From: Sumerlaeia bacterium | GTDB taxonomy: Bacteria > Sumerlaeota > Sumerlaeia > SLMS01 > JAHLLQ01 | Reading direction: 5' to 3' | Length of the DNA: 40,981 bases | Assembly: GCA_040219255.1 (NCBI GenBank) | Contig: JAVJSW010000066.1 | Span: 1-40,981 of the forward strand | Shown here: one piece after another, positions 8,992 to 18,581 of the stretch | How the letters are laid out: the number at the start of each line of letters is the position of its first letter | How positions within the stretch are numbered: position 1 is the stretch's first letter | The notes under the pieces: model-generated | What the model saw: only the letters and a program-made list of their open reading frames with translations | Told to the model about the DNA's origin: nothing | The model's database searches: none | Translations under genes and position numbers: made by a program

Positions 8992-11358
8992 ATGAATGAA
9001 TACCAAACCGGCGACATCGTCCTGGAGAAATACGAAATCAAGGAAGTGCTCGGCTCCGGTGGCATGGGGAAGGTTTACCGTGCCAAGCAGATCGATCTCG
9101 GCCGCGATGTCGCCCTGAAGGTCCCCAGCCGGCAGGTCCTTGAGTCTCCCGCGATTATGGCGCGCTTCTCTCGCGAAGCGAAGACCGTGGCGCGCCTCTT
9201 TCACGACAACATCGTTCAGGTTTACGAGTTCTGCCACACCGACCAGGCGACTTTCATCGCCATGGAATTCGTGGAAGGGCAGGACCTGAAGGATCTGCTG
9301 ACCGATCCGCCGCCAGACCTGAGGGTGGCCGATATTTCGCGCATCATCGAGGGGATCTGCGAAGGCCTCGGCTACGCCCACGAGCAGGGCATTATCCATC
9401 GCGACGTGAAACCCCACAACGTGATGGTGGCGCGTCTGGGCAAAGGCAAGTGGCGCACCAAGATCATGGACTTCGGCATCGCCCGCGTGGAGAGCCCGGA
9501 GTCGCAACTGACCGGCGGCGGTCAGTTGACCATGACCGGCCAAGCCATCGGGACGCCCAGCTACATGTCGCCCGAGCAAATCCGCGGCTCCGGCGTCACG
9601 CACCTGAGCGACATCTACTCGCTCGGCTGCATGCTGTTCTACATTTTCGCCCGCCAGACGGTGTTCATGGGCTCGGGTCTGACCGTTGCGGTCTCGCACC
9701 TGAACGAAAAACCGCGCTCGCTTCAATCGCTCGTACCCGCCCTGCCGAACGGCATCGATCAGTTGATTCTGCAATGCCTGGAGAAGGCGCCGGAAGCGCG
9801 CCCTCAGAGCGCCAACGAAGTCGGCGACCGCGTCGTCGAGATGCTCGCTCCGCTGACCGACACGTCGATGCAGGAGATGTGGGAAGAGGCCCAGCGCGCC
9901 TCCTCCGTCCTGCCTGTGATGACCGAGACGCCGTCGTCCGGCATGAGCGGCGGCAGCGCGCTCCTCGAACTGCAGACGGAAAAGACCATTCCCATGCCGG
10001 GCCTGACCCGGACCCATGGGCCCACCGGCATTTCGCAGGTCAATCCGAACGCGATGGAGGCGACGGAGATTTCACCGCCTCGCCGCGGATCGGACACTCC
10101 CCCACACTCCGGCACCCAGTACGGCGGGGCCGCCTATCCCCCCCATCGCACCTCCAATCTGCTGACTGTGGTGGTCGTCTTGACGATCCTCGCGTTGCTC
10201 GCGGTCGGTGCGCTCGGTGGCTACCTGGCCCTGCGCTCCGAGAAGTTCGAATTGTTCGCCCAAAACGATCCGGGCGAGTCGGACGATGGCCCGGCCGATC
10301 CGGAGGCCACGCCGACGCCCGCTCCGGTTGAAACGATCGCTCCCACGCCGACGGCGTCACCAACCCCGACGGCCACGCCCACCCCGACTCCGACCCCGAC
10401 CCCGACTCCCACGCCGACGCCTCACCCGTTCGAAAACGATCTGTTGCAGGCGCAGAAGAAGATCCAGAACGCGAGCGGCGTGGTGGCCCTGGCGCCCCTG
10501 ATCGAGGAGTTGAAACTGCTGCGCGATCCCGACGTCCCAGCCTTCGACGCCAAAGTGGTGGCCCTGATGGAGGAGGCGCGGGAGAAGGCGGCAACCAAAC
10601 CCGAGATGGTGCGCTTCGATGGCGCGACCTTTATGATGGGTTCACCCGATTACGCGGACACCTCTCCGGCGCACCGCGTTTCTCTTTCACCCTATGAAAT
10701 GGGCAAGTACGAAGTCACCGCTTTGGAATTCGCGGAGTTCCTCAATTCCTTCGAGAACAGCGACGACGCCCCCTATCGGAAAGTGTATCCCGAGGAATCT
10801 GGGGACTACACAATCCGCTTCAGCCGAGAAGAACGCCGGTTTGTGCCCAACCAGAGTTGGTCCCTCTACCCCGCCAACTATGTGACATGGGAAGCGGCCC
10901 AGGCTTACACGGAATGGCTCTCGAAGAAGACGGGTGAGTCATACCGTCTGCCGACGGAGGCGGAATGGGAGTATGCGGCGGGAGGCAAGAACCCCAGACT
11001 CTACCCATGGGGCAATCAGGAGCCTTCTGGAATGTGGTTGCACTTCAACGCGGACAAGCCTGTCTCCGTCGATCAGAAGAACGGCGGCGCTGCGAACGGG
11101 TTGGAACACATATCCGGCAACGTCGCCGAATGGATGCGGGACTGGTACAGTGTAGACACCTACGACATGAACAATGGCTCGCTGCGCGAGAATCCGATAG
11201 GTCCGGATCTGACCGGAGTGCGGCGTGCTAAGAAGGTTCTTCGCGGTGGCGGTTACCTTCAAGCCGACCCGGTGGCCTATCGCGTAGTCTACCGTGCCAG
11301 CCAGGAACCGGATAAGACCTATGGTGACATCGGCTTCCGCCTTGCTCGTGATCCTTGA
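8992..11358 (+). CDS. Hanks-type Ser/Thr protein kinase with TM helix, Pro-Thr linker and C-terminal FGE-sulfatase (SUMF1-like) domain
   Basis: Kinase motifs GSGGMG, VALK, HRDVKPHN, DFG and GTPSYMSPE; TM LLTVVVVLTILALLAVGALGGYLAL; FGE motifs RLPTEAEWEYAA, GNVAEW, RGG and GFR. Confidence 0.93.
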   Translation: MNEYQTGDIVLEKYEIKEVLGSGGMGKVYRAKQIDLGRDVALKVPSRQVLESPAIMARFSREAKTVARLFHDNIVQVYEFCHTDQATFIAMEFVEGQDLKDLLTDPPPDLRVADISRIIEGICEGLGYAHEQGIIHRDVKPHNVMVARLGKGKWRTKIMDFGIARVESPESQLTGGGQLTMTGQAIGTPSYMSPEQIRGSGVTHLSDIYSLGCMLFYIFARQTVFMGSGLTVAVSHLNEKPRSLQSLVPALPNGIDQLILQCLEKAPEARPQSANEVGDRVVEMLAPLTDTSMQEMWEEAQRASSVLPVMTETPSSGMSGGSALLELQTEKTIPMPGLTRTHGPTGISQVNPNAMEATEISPPRRGSDTPPHSGTQYGGAAYPPHRTSNLLTVVVVLTILALLAVGALGGYLALRSEKFELFAQNDPGESDDGPADPEATPTPAPVETIAPTPTASPTPTATPTPTPTPTPTPTPTPHPFENDLLQAQKKIQNASGVVALAPLIEELKLLRDPDVPAFDAKVVALMEEAREKAATKPEMVRFDGATFMMGSPDYADTSPAHRVSLSPYEMGKYEVTALEFAEFLNSFENSDDAPYRKVYPEESGDYTIRFSREERRFVPNQSWSLYPANYVTWEAAQAYTEWLSKKTGESYRLPTEAEWEYAAGGKNPRLYPWGNQEPSGMWLHFNADKPVSVDQKNGGAANGLEHISGNVAEWMRDWYSVDTYDMNNGSLRENPIGPDLTGVRRAKKVLRGGGYLQADPVAYRVVYRASQEPDKTYGDIGFRLARDP
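10308..10425 (+). repeat. Pro-Thr tandem hexamer-like repeat coding a linker
   Basis: (ACN CCN)n encoding ATPTPAP...TPTPTPTPTPTPTPTP. Confidence 0.85.
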
Positions 11359-11425
11359 CGCGGTGAAATGAAGGTTCAATTCTTGTCGCCTGAATCCACT
11401 CTCTCCCCAACAGGATCCGACGACA

Positions 11426-13171
11426 ATGCCACGGTGGACCTTTGCTCTCTTCGCCCTTTGCGGGCTTCTCCTCATGACCGGCGGATGCGCCTACAAGGAC
11501 CCCCTCAAGGTTCTCTCCACACGCGACAAATACGAAACCATTCCGTTGCGCGTGGGCATCTACGAGTTCAGCGACGAGCGGCCCCTCGACACGCTCAAGA
11601 GCCCCCGCAATTACGACACGCCGCTGTTTCTGTGGTCGAGCTACCGCTATCCCCGTCCCGACGAAATTCGGCGAACGGACGCGATGGAGCAGATGCTGGC
11701 CCGCGATTTCGCCGACCGGCTGAAGACCGCCAACACCTTCCAGGAAGTGCAGTACCTCAATCAGACGATCGAGAATCCCCCGGCCCCGAGCGATTACGAC
11801 CTGCTGATCTACGGCAAATTGAGGGACACGACATCCAAAGGTGTGCGTTCCGCCTACGGGCTGGCGCTGATCGGCCGATACCTGTGGTTCCTCGGCTTGC
11901 CCAATGAAACCGAAAGCTACGACTACAAGGCCGATCTGCAACTGATCGATGGCTACACGATGGCCCCCATCGGCGATCCGATCACGGTGGAGGGCGATAC
12001 TGGGGCCCGTATCCTGACGCGCTACGCCAACCGCAAGAAAATGAAGTTCGCCCGCCGCAACGCGAACGAACTGTGGGATCGGTTCCTGGTCGAGTTCCGC
12101 GACGAGTACCCCGCCGGCAACGCGGAACTCTGGGACAATCTGAAGAATTCCGGCTTGGCCGTGCTAAGGGAGGAAGCGCTGGAAACGCAGCGCCAGGCCC
12201 GCGGCAAAGCGCCAACCATCGTCTTCAACTCGCCTGCCGACGGCAGCCAATTCCGCACACCCTCGACCACGGTTCAGTGGAGCGCGGAAGCCCCCAACGC
12301 GATGCGCCAAGTGTCGCTCTTCGTCAACAATGTGCCCATGGACATCGGACTTCCAACCTCGAGCATGGCCAACGAATCGAGCGCCCCCCGCTCGATCCCG
12401 GCGAATCGTGTCACGGCCAATCTGCGGTTGGGTGCCAATACGGTGAAGGCTCAGGTCGTGGACTATCGTGACATGATGACGGTCGAGGAACTGACTCTCT
12501 ACCGCATCCCGAAGGCCCTCAATCCGGTTTCGCGGCACGCACTCGTGATCGGCGGAGGCTCTTCCGCGGCCCAGGCCACGGCCCAGCAGTTGTCGAGCAC
12601 CCTGACGAATCCGGCGGTTGGCCAATTCCCCGCCGGCAACGTTTCCACAGTGATTCAGAGCGGCCTGGACGCGGCCGCGCTCCGGTCAGCCATCGCCAAC
12701 TTTGGCCGGGCACCGCTGGCGAACGAACTCGCTTTGATCTACATCGCGGCCCCGGGCGACTCGCGCACGCTGACGGTTGGCGGCGCGAATGGTCTCACGC
12801 TCGAGGAACTGGCCATGGAAGTGCGCCGTTCGCTCGCCACCGAGGACGTGGTGCTGATCCTCGATATCGCCTGGGATCGCGCCCGCGGAGGCATTGGTGT
12901 GCTCGACTCGATGGGTCAATTGCCACAGCGCTGGGCGGTCACCACCGCAACCTCCGATGTGGCACCGGCTCCGGCGAACGGGGGCCGGCATACCTTCGGA
13001 ACGGTTCTCGACGATGTACTCCAGGGCCGCGCCGGATCGGGCGGCAATACGCTGACCCTGGATGGATGGTTGCAGCAATCGCTGACCGAGACTGATCGCC
13101 GCGCTCCCCAAGCCCAGCCGGACTTGCAAGGCCGCTACAGTTCGACCGTCACCATGGCGGAACGGCAGTAA
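11426..13171 (+). CDS. Lipoprotein with Ig-like domain and C-terminal inactive caspase-like (peptidase C14 fold) domain
   Basis: Lipobox LMTGGC; Ig-like segment APTIVFNSPADGS...LRLGANTVKAQVVD; caspase-fold strand pattern RHALVIG...LIYIAAPG...VVLILDIA. Confidence 0.7.
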   Translation: MPRWTFALFALCGLLLMTGGCAYKDPLKVLSTRDKYETIPLRVGIYEFSDERPLDTLKSPRNYDTPLFLWSSYRYPRPDEIRRTDAMEQMLARDFADRLKTANTFQEVQYLNQTIENPPAPSDYDLLIYGKLRDTTSKGVRSAYGLALIGRYLWFLGLPNETESYDYKADLQLIDGYTMAPIGDPITVEGDTGARILTRYANRKKMKFARRNANELWDRFLVEFRDEYPAGNAELWDNLKNSGLAVLREEALETQRQARGKAPTIVFNSPADGSQFRTPSTTVQWSAEAPNAMRQVSLFVNNVPMDIGLPTSSMANESSAPRSIPANRVTANLRLGANTVKAQVVDYRDMMTVEELTLYRIPKALNPVSRHALVIGGGSSAAQATAQQLSSTLTNPAVGQFPAGNVSTVIQSGLDAAALRSAIANFGRAPLANELALIYIAAPGDSRTLTVGGANGLTLEELAMEVRRSLATEDVVLILDIAWDRARGGIGVLDSMGQLPQRWAVTTATSDVAPAPANGGRHTFGTVLDDVLQGRAGSGGNTLTLDGWLQQSLTETDRRAPQAQPDLQGRYSSTVTMAERQ

Positions 13172-13216
13172 GGCGCCCTCGCCAAGGCGAACAGACCAAC
13201 GAAGCGAAATGAGATG

Positions 13217-13242
13217 GGCTCGGCGAACGCGTTCGCCGAGCC
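13217..13242. terminator. Perfect 26-bp palindrome between convergent genes (likely bidirectional terminator or REP)
   Basis: GGCTCGGCGAACGCGTTCGCCGAGCC equals its own reverse complement. Confidence 0.65.
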
Positions 13243-13270
13243 TATTGTACTTGGAGGATCGAGGGAGTCT

Positions 13271-14812
13271 CTACCGCGATGGCATGTCGAAGTGATAATC
13301 GAAGCCGCGCCAGCGCTTGTAGCGGAGAATTTCACCGTAAACCAGGAACCCCACCGCCAGCAAAACGAAGAAGGCGCTGGCGGCGAGGCCGTTGACCATG
13401 GGGAAATCGAGAGTCTTGTACATCTCCGGGGCGCCGATGCCCTCGACCATGACGTAGATGGGGGAGACGCGCGACACGCCCTGGAGGAAGGCGCCGGGCA
13501 GAGTGTCCTTAAGCGAGAAGGCGGCGTGGAAGGCTTGGGCGAAAATCGGCACCGCGGCCCAGAAGAAGGCCATCACGCCAATCGCCCAGCGCCCGGCGCC
13601 TTTGCGCCCGACGGTGATCGCGGTGGCGAAGCGCGCGAAGGTGCAGAAGAAGGCGAAGCCGGCGAGGCTGACCATGGCGATGCTGAGCAAGAGCGGCGCC
13701 GGCACGGGGCTGTTGCCCGCCTTCGCCGTGAATTGCAGCACCGCGAGAGCATACCACCACCCGAACCCCACCAGAACCAGGAACGGCAGCGTTTGATCGA
13801 TCGGCCTCAGAAACGGAAGCAGGCGCTTGAGGTGCCAGATTTCATCTCCGACCTCCATGCGCCCAACGGCGAAGCATCCCACCGCGACCATCAGCAAAAC
13901 GCAGCCGACGACGACGAATGCCAGCGCGGCGGCTTCGGAGACGGTCGTCCCCCGGAACGCACCCAGAAAAAGCGCGATGATGCCGCTGGCGATCAGTGCG
14001 TATTGCCAATGATTGAACGCGCGAGTTTCCTCCGGCTCAAAGAGCTTGCGAGTCGCCAGCAACAGGAAAACAGACGTCAACGCCAGGAAGCCCAGCGCCA
14101 CCACCATCCATCCCGGAATGACCAGATTGAAGACAGTGACGCCCTGCGCCAGCGAGGACAGGCCGGTCCCGGTGCCAAGCCAGGCCTGAATCTGCCGCAG
14201 CAGCGCCACACCCACGAAAAGGAACGTGAAGATCATGAAGACGACGACGCCCTGGGCCGTGCGGGTTCTTTCGCGGATCGAGGAAATGTAGAGTCCCAGG
14301 GACGACAAGATCATCGAACCGCCCAGCAAGGCCCCCACGACGCGCAACACGTCGTCACGGCCGACCCCGCCATAGAGGAACGCGATGCTGATCAGCGGCA
14401 GCGCGCACAGTAGCGCCAGCGTGACATAGAAAAAGGTCGAAAGAAAGCACCCGAGGACGTACATCCACGGCGTGATGGTGGTGACGCGCAGGAAATCGAA
14501 GGTTTTCTTCTCCTTCTCGCCGGTCGTCATGCCCGCGGTGATGGTCGGAGCGACTATCAGAACCAGGAGCACCTGGATGATGGTGATCGAGGTGAAGAGG
14601 CTGCGGCCCGTGGCGGTCAGGGCCTCGAGCATGGCCTGGCTGTCGCTGCTGCTCCAGTTCGCCATCTTGAAGAGAAGCACCAGCACGGTGACGAGCGCCA
14701 TGAGCATGATGTAGCCGATCATGCTGTAGACGAGGGCCTTGCCACGCATCCGGCGGCGCAGTTCACGCGTCAGGATCGGGTTGTCGAAAAAGTTCTGGAG
14801 AATGCCTCGCAT
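13271..14812 (-). CDS. ABC-2-type transporter permease (multi-pass membrane protein)
   Basis: NPILTRELRRRMRG and APTITAGMTTGEKEKKTFDFLRVT motifs; about 12 TM segments. Confidence 0.8.
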   Translation of the reverse strand: MRGILQNFFDNPILTRELRRRMRGKALVYSMIGYIMLMALVTVLVLLFKMANWSSSDSQAMLEALTATGRSLFTSITIIQVLLVLIVAPTITAGMTTGEKEKKTFDFLRVTTITPWMYVLGCFLSTFFYVTLALLCALPLISIAFLYGGVGRDDVLRVVGALLGGSMILSSLGLYISSIRERTRTAQGVVVFMIFTFLFVGVALLRQIQAWLGTGTGLSSLAQGVTVFNLVIPGWMVVALGFLALTSVFLLLATRKLFEPEETRAFNHWQYALIASGIIALFLGAFRGTTVSEAAALAFVVVGCVLLMVAVGCFAVGRMEVGDEIWHLKRLLPFLRPIDQTLPFLVLVGFGWWYALAVLQFTAKAGNSPVPAPLLLSIAMVSLAGFAFFCTFARFATAITVGRKGAGRWAIGVMAFFWAAVPIFAQAFHAAFSLKDTLPGAFLQGVSRVSPIYVMVEGIGAPEMYKTLDFPMVNGLAASAFFVLLAVGFLVYGEILRYKRWRGFDYHFDMPSR

Positions 14813-14866
14813 GGGGGAAAGAAACGCCTCGGTTCAGCAATTCGGACTCGGTCTCTCCCCCACTGC

Positions 14867-15898
14867 CTAGCGGGTCCCGCGCAGCGTATCAACGCATAGC
14901 TGAATGTCGTTGAGCACTTCGGTTTCCGACCGATCCTGGATATTGGCGATTTCGTGCGCTTCGAAGCCCTCGACGCGGTTGAGGAAGAAGGCCGAGCGCG
15001 CCTTGGGTGAGTGGACGCTCAGGGTCCTGAGAATCTCACGGTGGTCGTCGAGGTGCGTAAGCTTCAACTCCGGGTCCTCGGCATGCTCGTCGATCAGAAT
15101 GTCCTCCATGCGCAGAGCCTCGAAGGGCATGAAATATTCGCCCTCTTCGCGCTCCGGAGTCGAGTCCCATTGGCGTTGTTCACGGGGGACGCTGGCCTCC
15201 AGAGAAATGGACCCGCGCGCGTCGGGGCCTTGCTGCGACTCGACCTCCCGGGCCAGGAGGGCGTCCAGCTCGCGGAAGAGGTAGGCTTCGAGGCGCTCCG
15301 GGTCTGAGGGCAGCGAGCCCGGGGCCGAGCGATTGATGACGTCGACCACGACCTGATCGACCAAGTCCGTCGGCTCGAGGTAATCGCCCGGCAGTTCCCC
15401 CGCAAGTTGTGCGGATTCAATGATGCGAGCTGAGTGGGCGTACATCGGATCGAGAAGCGGGCGCAGGCGGGCGAACATGCGGTCCGCTGGCACCGTTTCG
15501 GGCGTCAGGGGCTGCGCGGGCGACAGACCGGTCATCTCGGCACCGAATTGCTCGAAGGCGCTGCGATGTCCGCTCCGGCGCTTGCGCAGGTGATCCTTGC
15601 GGATGCGCGCCAGAGAGCGGCTCAACTCCCTGGACAAGGCGTTCAGTGAGTCGCGCACCAGTTCCTCGATATCCGCACCGTCGCGCTGTACCACCAGCGG
15701 GTGATCCGGCAGGTGGAGGCTGAGCGTGAGGTGGTAGTGGTGATTGACGGGTGACAAGTGCGACCTCAGCGTCAACTGGTCCGCTGGGGCTTTGTTGCCG
15801 ATTTTCTTGCGAAGCTGCTCCGCGCCTTCCTCGAGCTGGAACTTCAACTGGTGGCGAACTTTGCGGTCTGCGCCGTGAACGGAAACGATAACTTTCAT
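14867..15898 (-). CDS. HPF/RaiA-like N-terminal domain fused to a sigma-70 ECF-like (region 4 HTH) C-terminal domain
   Basis: AAGGAG RBS before ATG 15898; HPF-like beta-alpha pattern (YHLTLSLHLPDHPLVVQRDGADIEELVRDSLNAL); region-4-like tail PKARSAFFLNRVEGFEAHEIANIQDRSETEV. Confidence 0.7.
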   Translation of the reverse strand: MKVIVSVHGADRKVRHQLKFQLEEGAEQLRKKIGNKAPADQLTLRSHLSPVNHHYHLTLSLHLPDHPLVVQRDGADIEELVRDSLNALSRELSRSLARIRKDHLRKRRSGHRSAFEQFGAEMTGLSPAQPLTPETVPADRMFARLRPLLDPMYAHSARIIESAQLAGELPGDYLEPTDLVDQVVVDVINRSAPGSLPSDPERLEAYLFRELDALLAREVESQQGPDARGSISLEASVPREQRQWDSTPEREEGEYFMPFEALRMEDILIDEHAEDPELKLTHLDDHREILRTLSVHSPKARSAFFLNRVEGFEAHEIANIQDRSETEVLNDIQLCVDTLRGTR

Positions 15899-15974
15899 GG
15901 GAAACTCCTTCCGGCATCCAATGGCGGTAGCCCCAAACAAGAATCCCGCCGAAGGCCCCCCTCTTATCGAAGGG

Positions 15975-18206
15975 TTACTCGTTCCAATACACCGCAACCT
16001 TGTCGTGGACAAGTAGTACTAGGTCCTTCTTGCCATCTAAATTCAAATCCTCGAAAGCCAGATCGCGCGGCTCCGTCGGCGCCGTCAGCCGCGAGCGCAT
16101 CCCCAGGCTACGCTCCGAGTCGAACATTTTGAACCGGTAGAATTCCTTGAGGGACGAGTAGGGGTCCAACTCGAAGAACACCAGCAGGTGTTCGGTGTTC
16201 TCCACCGCCGCCAGAAGGACCGGCGAGTCCTCGCCCGCCAGTGTCGCCACTCCGGTGAAGCCGCCCTCCTCCAAGTCCGTCTCCGCCGACTCGACGGTTA
16301 CGAGATCGCCGAGCAGGGGCTGAGATGGATACACCACGGCGCGGTCCTTGGCCAGCAGCACCAGTTCGTCGCGCCCGTCGCCATCCAGGTCCAGAGCCAG
16401 AACACGCTCGAAAATGCCACCCTTGAGGTCCACACGAGTCAGCAGGTTGGCCGCGTCGGAGGCCTGCGAAACCGCATAGATCAGCAGGGCGCTGGCTCCG
16501 GCGTCCAGGATCACGAGTTCCTGGCCATCGGACGCGTCGACGTCGGCGAGGGCATAGTCGACGAAGCGGCTGCGGTTTTCCTCGGCGTTGATCTGGAGGC
16601 GAATTTTTCCGGCGCCGGAGTCGAGCCGTTCATAGACACGGAGGAACTTTTCCGCCAACTGCCAAAGGGTTTCGGGATTTTCCGCGACGCGGAAGCGTGT
16701 CAGTGCCAGCCGCGCCGGATCGAACACAAACGCCGAAGCCTCGGCTTCCTTCCAGCTTTCTGCTTCGCCGTCGTCCGGGGCCGTGTACACACGGGTCGGA
16801 TCGTACTCGAAGGACAACATCAAGTCCCAGGACCCGTCGAGATCGAAATCCAAAGCCTTCATGCCTGTGGGTGCATCACGGAAGTCCAGTTCCGTCAGCA
16901 GTTCCCGCGTCTTCTCCAGGCGCCCCTGGGCCGCGTTCAGAGTGTAGACGGCCACGGCGTACCGATCCTCGCCGGTTTCGGAGAGAACAACCACCTGGTC
17001 TTTCGCGTCCGGGTGGGGCACGACGCCGAGAGGTTTGCCCGCGAGGGAAAGGAGCACCGGCGCGGACAAGCCTGAAAGGCCGCCGGCAAGCCGGACCAGG
17101 CCGATGGCGTTTTCCTCGGGGCTGAGGAGAAGCAGGGCGCCGGCGCCGTTTTCGTCCATGGGGATCAGACGCTCGATGCCGCGCAGCGAGGGCTGATCGC
17201 TGAGCGAAAGAGCGCCGGAGCGGGTCTGTGAGAGCACCTGGAGGAAGGGCTCGCCGGTGTTGAGAATGAGGTCCGATCGCCCGTCGCCATCGGCGTCGGC
17301 GACGGCGACTTCGCGCAGGCGGGTGCTTTTCTCGGGATCGAAGGCGATGCTATAGGGCTCGGCGAAGCGTGGCTTCTCCCCCGCCGCCATGCGTTCGGCG
17401 CGGTCCTGAAACGTCAGCACGTCCAGCAGGTTTGTCTGGGCGTGGATCGTGGCCAGGCCGCCGCGCCGGCCGGGGGGCGAGAACACGTCGGCCGATCGCA
17501 GCACGCCGGTCTCCAGGGGAACCTCGAAGGGGAAGGTGCCCTGAGGCGATTGCGGGCGAACGACGATCACGTTGCGCTGGTTGGCGTACAAGTAAACCAT
17601 GTCCAACAATCCGTCGCCGTTGGCGTCGAGAAAGTAGGGCCGGTTGGCAAGTTCCTGCGCGGCGAAAAAGGTTTCCCGCGCGGTGAGCGAGAGGCCGCGG
17701 GCTTTAGAGGGGTAAATCGAAATCTCCTGGCCTTCAACGGTGACGAGGTCTAGACCGCCATCTCCGTTCAGGTCCGCCAGCGCAACCTGCGACGCGCGGA
17801 TGTCGGGAAAGGTTTCGGTGCGGAAGTCCTGCGTCTCGGTCTGGAACATCACGGTCAGCTCGCTCGGCGAGCCAGCGAGGAGCAGGTCGATCCGCCCATC
17901 GCCGTTCACGTCGGCGGCGCCGACGGAGCGCACGGTCTTGTTCAGCGTGATCTTGCGTTCCTTGAAACGCGCTTCGTCCGGGTCCCCGGAGCCGCTTTGC
18001 TGCACCAGGAACTGCATCAACGACCGGTTGTTGTTCACCGTCACAATGTCGAGTAGACCATCGCCGGAGACATCGGCGACGGTCAGCTCCGAGGCGCCGT
18101 TGTCGGCCTCGTAGAGGTAGGGACCATCCAGGTTGAGGCGCGTGTCCCGGGCCCCCGCGGTGGACACCAGGGCAAGCGCCGCGATCGACGCGAGGGCCGA
18201 GCGCAT
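15975..18206 (-). CDS. Secreted FG-GAP/VCBS repeat beta-propeller protein
   Basis: Signal peptide; many DxxGDGxxD motifs (DVSGDGLLD, DVNGDGRID, DLNGDGGLD, DANGDGLLD, DADGDGRSD, DLDGDGRDE, DLNLDGKKD). Start is 18206 or 18257. Confidence 0.88.
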   Translation of the reverse strand: MRSALASIAALALVSTAGARDTRLNLDGPYLYEADNGASELTVADVSGDGLLDIVTVNNNRSLMQFLVQQSGSGDPDEARFKERKITLNKTVRSVGAADVNGDGRIDLLLAGSPSELTVMFQTETQDFRTETFPDIRASQVALADLNGDGGLDLVTVEGQEISIYPSKARGLSLTARETFFAAQELANRPYFLDANGDGLLDMVYLYANQRNVIVVRPQSPQGTFPFEVPLETGVLRSADVFSPPGRRGGLATIHAQTNLLDVLTFQDRAERMAAGEKPRFAEPYSIAFDPEKSTRLREVAVADADGDGRSDLILNTGEPFLQVLSQTRSGALSLSDQPSLRGIERLIPMDENGAGALLLLSPEENAIGLVRLAGGLSGLSAPVLLSLAGKPLGVVPHPDAKDQVVVLSETGEDRYAVAVYTLNAAQGRLEKTRELLTELDFRDAPTGMKALDFDLDGSWDLMLSFEYDPTRVYTAPDDGEAESWKEAEASAFVFDPARLALTRFRVAENPETLWQLAEKFLRVYERLDSGAGKIRLQINAEENRSRFVDYALADVDASDGQELVILDAGASALLIYAVSQASDAANLLTRVDLKGGIFERVLALDLDGDGRDELVLLAKDRAVVYPSQPLLGDLVTVESAETDLEEGGFTGVATLAGEDSPVLLAAVENTEHLLVFFELDPYSSLKEFYRFKMFDSERSLGMRSRLTAPTEPRDLAFEDLNLDGKKDLVLLVHDKVAVYWNE

Positions 18207-18283
18207 GCCGTGGGACTTCAGGGATTCAGACAATGGGGCCGGGGAGGAAAATGCCATTCAAACGGACAACCTGATGGAAGGGT

Positions 18284-18322
18284 AAAAACCAAACTGCCCC
18301 CGAGGACGCGCCCGGGGGGCAG
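18284..18322 (-). terminator. Rho-independent terminator downstream of the 6S RNA
   Basis: Minus strand CTGCCCCCCGGG...CTCGGGGGCAG stem followed by TTTGGTTTTT. Confidence 0.6.
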
Positions 18323-18327
18323 AATGA

Positions 18328-18533
18328 TATCCCGCTCTGCCGTGGTGAGAGACCGTCCTTGAACCAGAATTCAAGGTGGGTGCTCGCACGATGGCCTCAT
18401 GTTCTTTCCGTCGTTGCCGAGGAAACATCAATCCGCCACCGAATTTAGAGCTCCCTGGGTAGGAACATTGGTTCAGAGCTAATCTCTCGTAACCCACGCA
18501 CGTCGCAGGACGATTGCGTTTCAGCTACTCTCC
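18328..18533 (-). ncRNA. ssrS: 6S RNA
   Basis: Minus strand reads TCCTGCGACGTGCGTGGG...CTGAACCAATG...GGGAGC...CACCCACCTTGAATTCTGGTTCAAG...CACCACGGCAGAGCGGGA. The 5' and 3' ends pair into a long rod (GAGAGA/TCTCTC, TGAACCA/TGGTTCA), matching the conserved 6S segments; length about 200 nt; intergenic. Confidence 0.85.
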
Positions 18534-18581
18534 AAAGCCTGTCGTGACAAGGACAAACGCCACGCGGGCGGAGCGAAATCC

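Noticed and set aside
10600-11358. FGE/C-type lectin domain as a diversity-generating retroelement target
   Set aside because: No reverse transcriptase, and I saw no template-repeat copy of the 3' end within the window.
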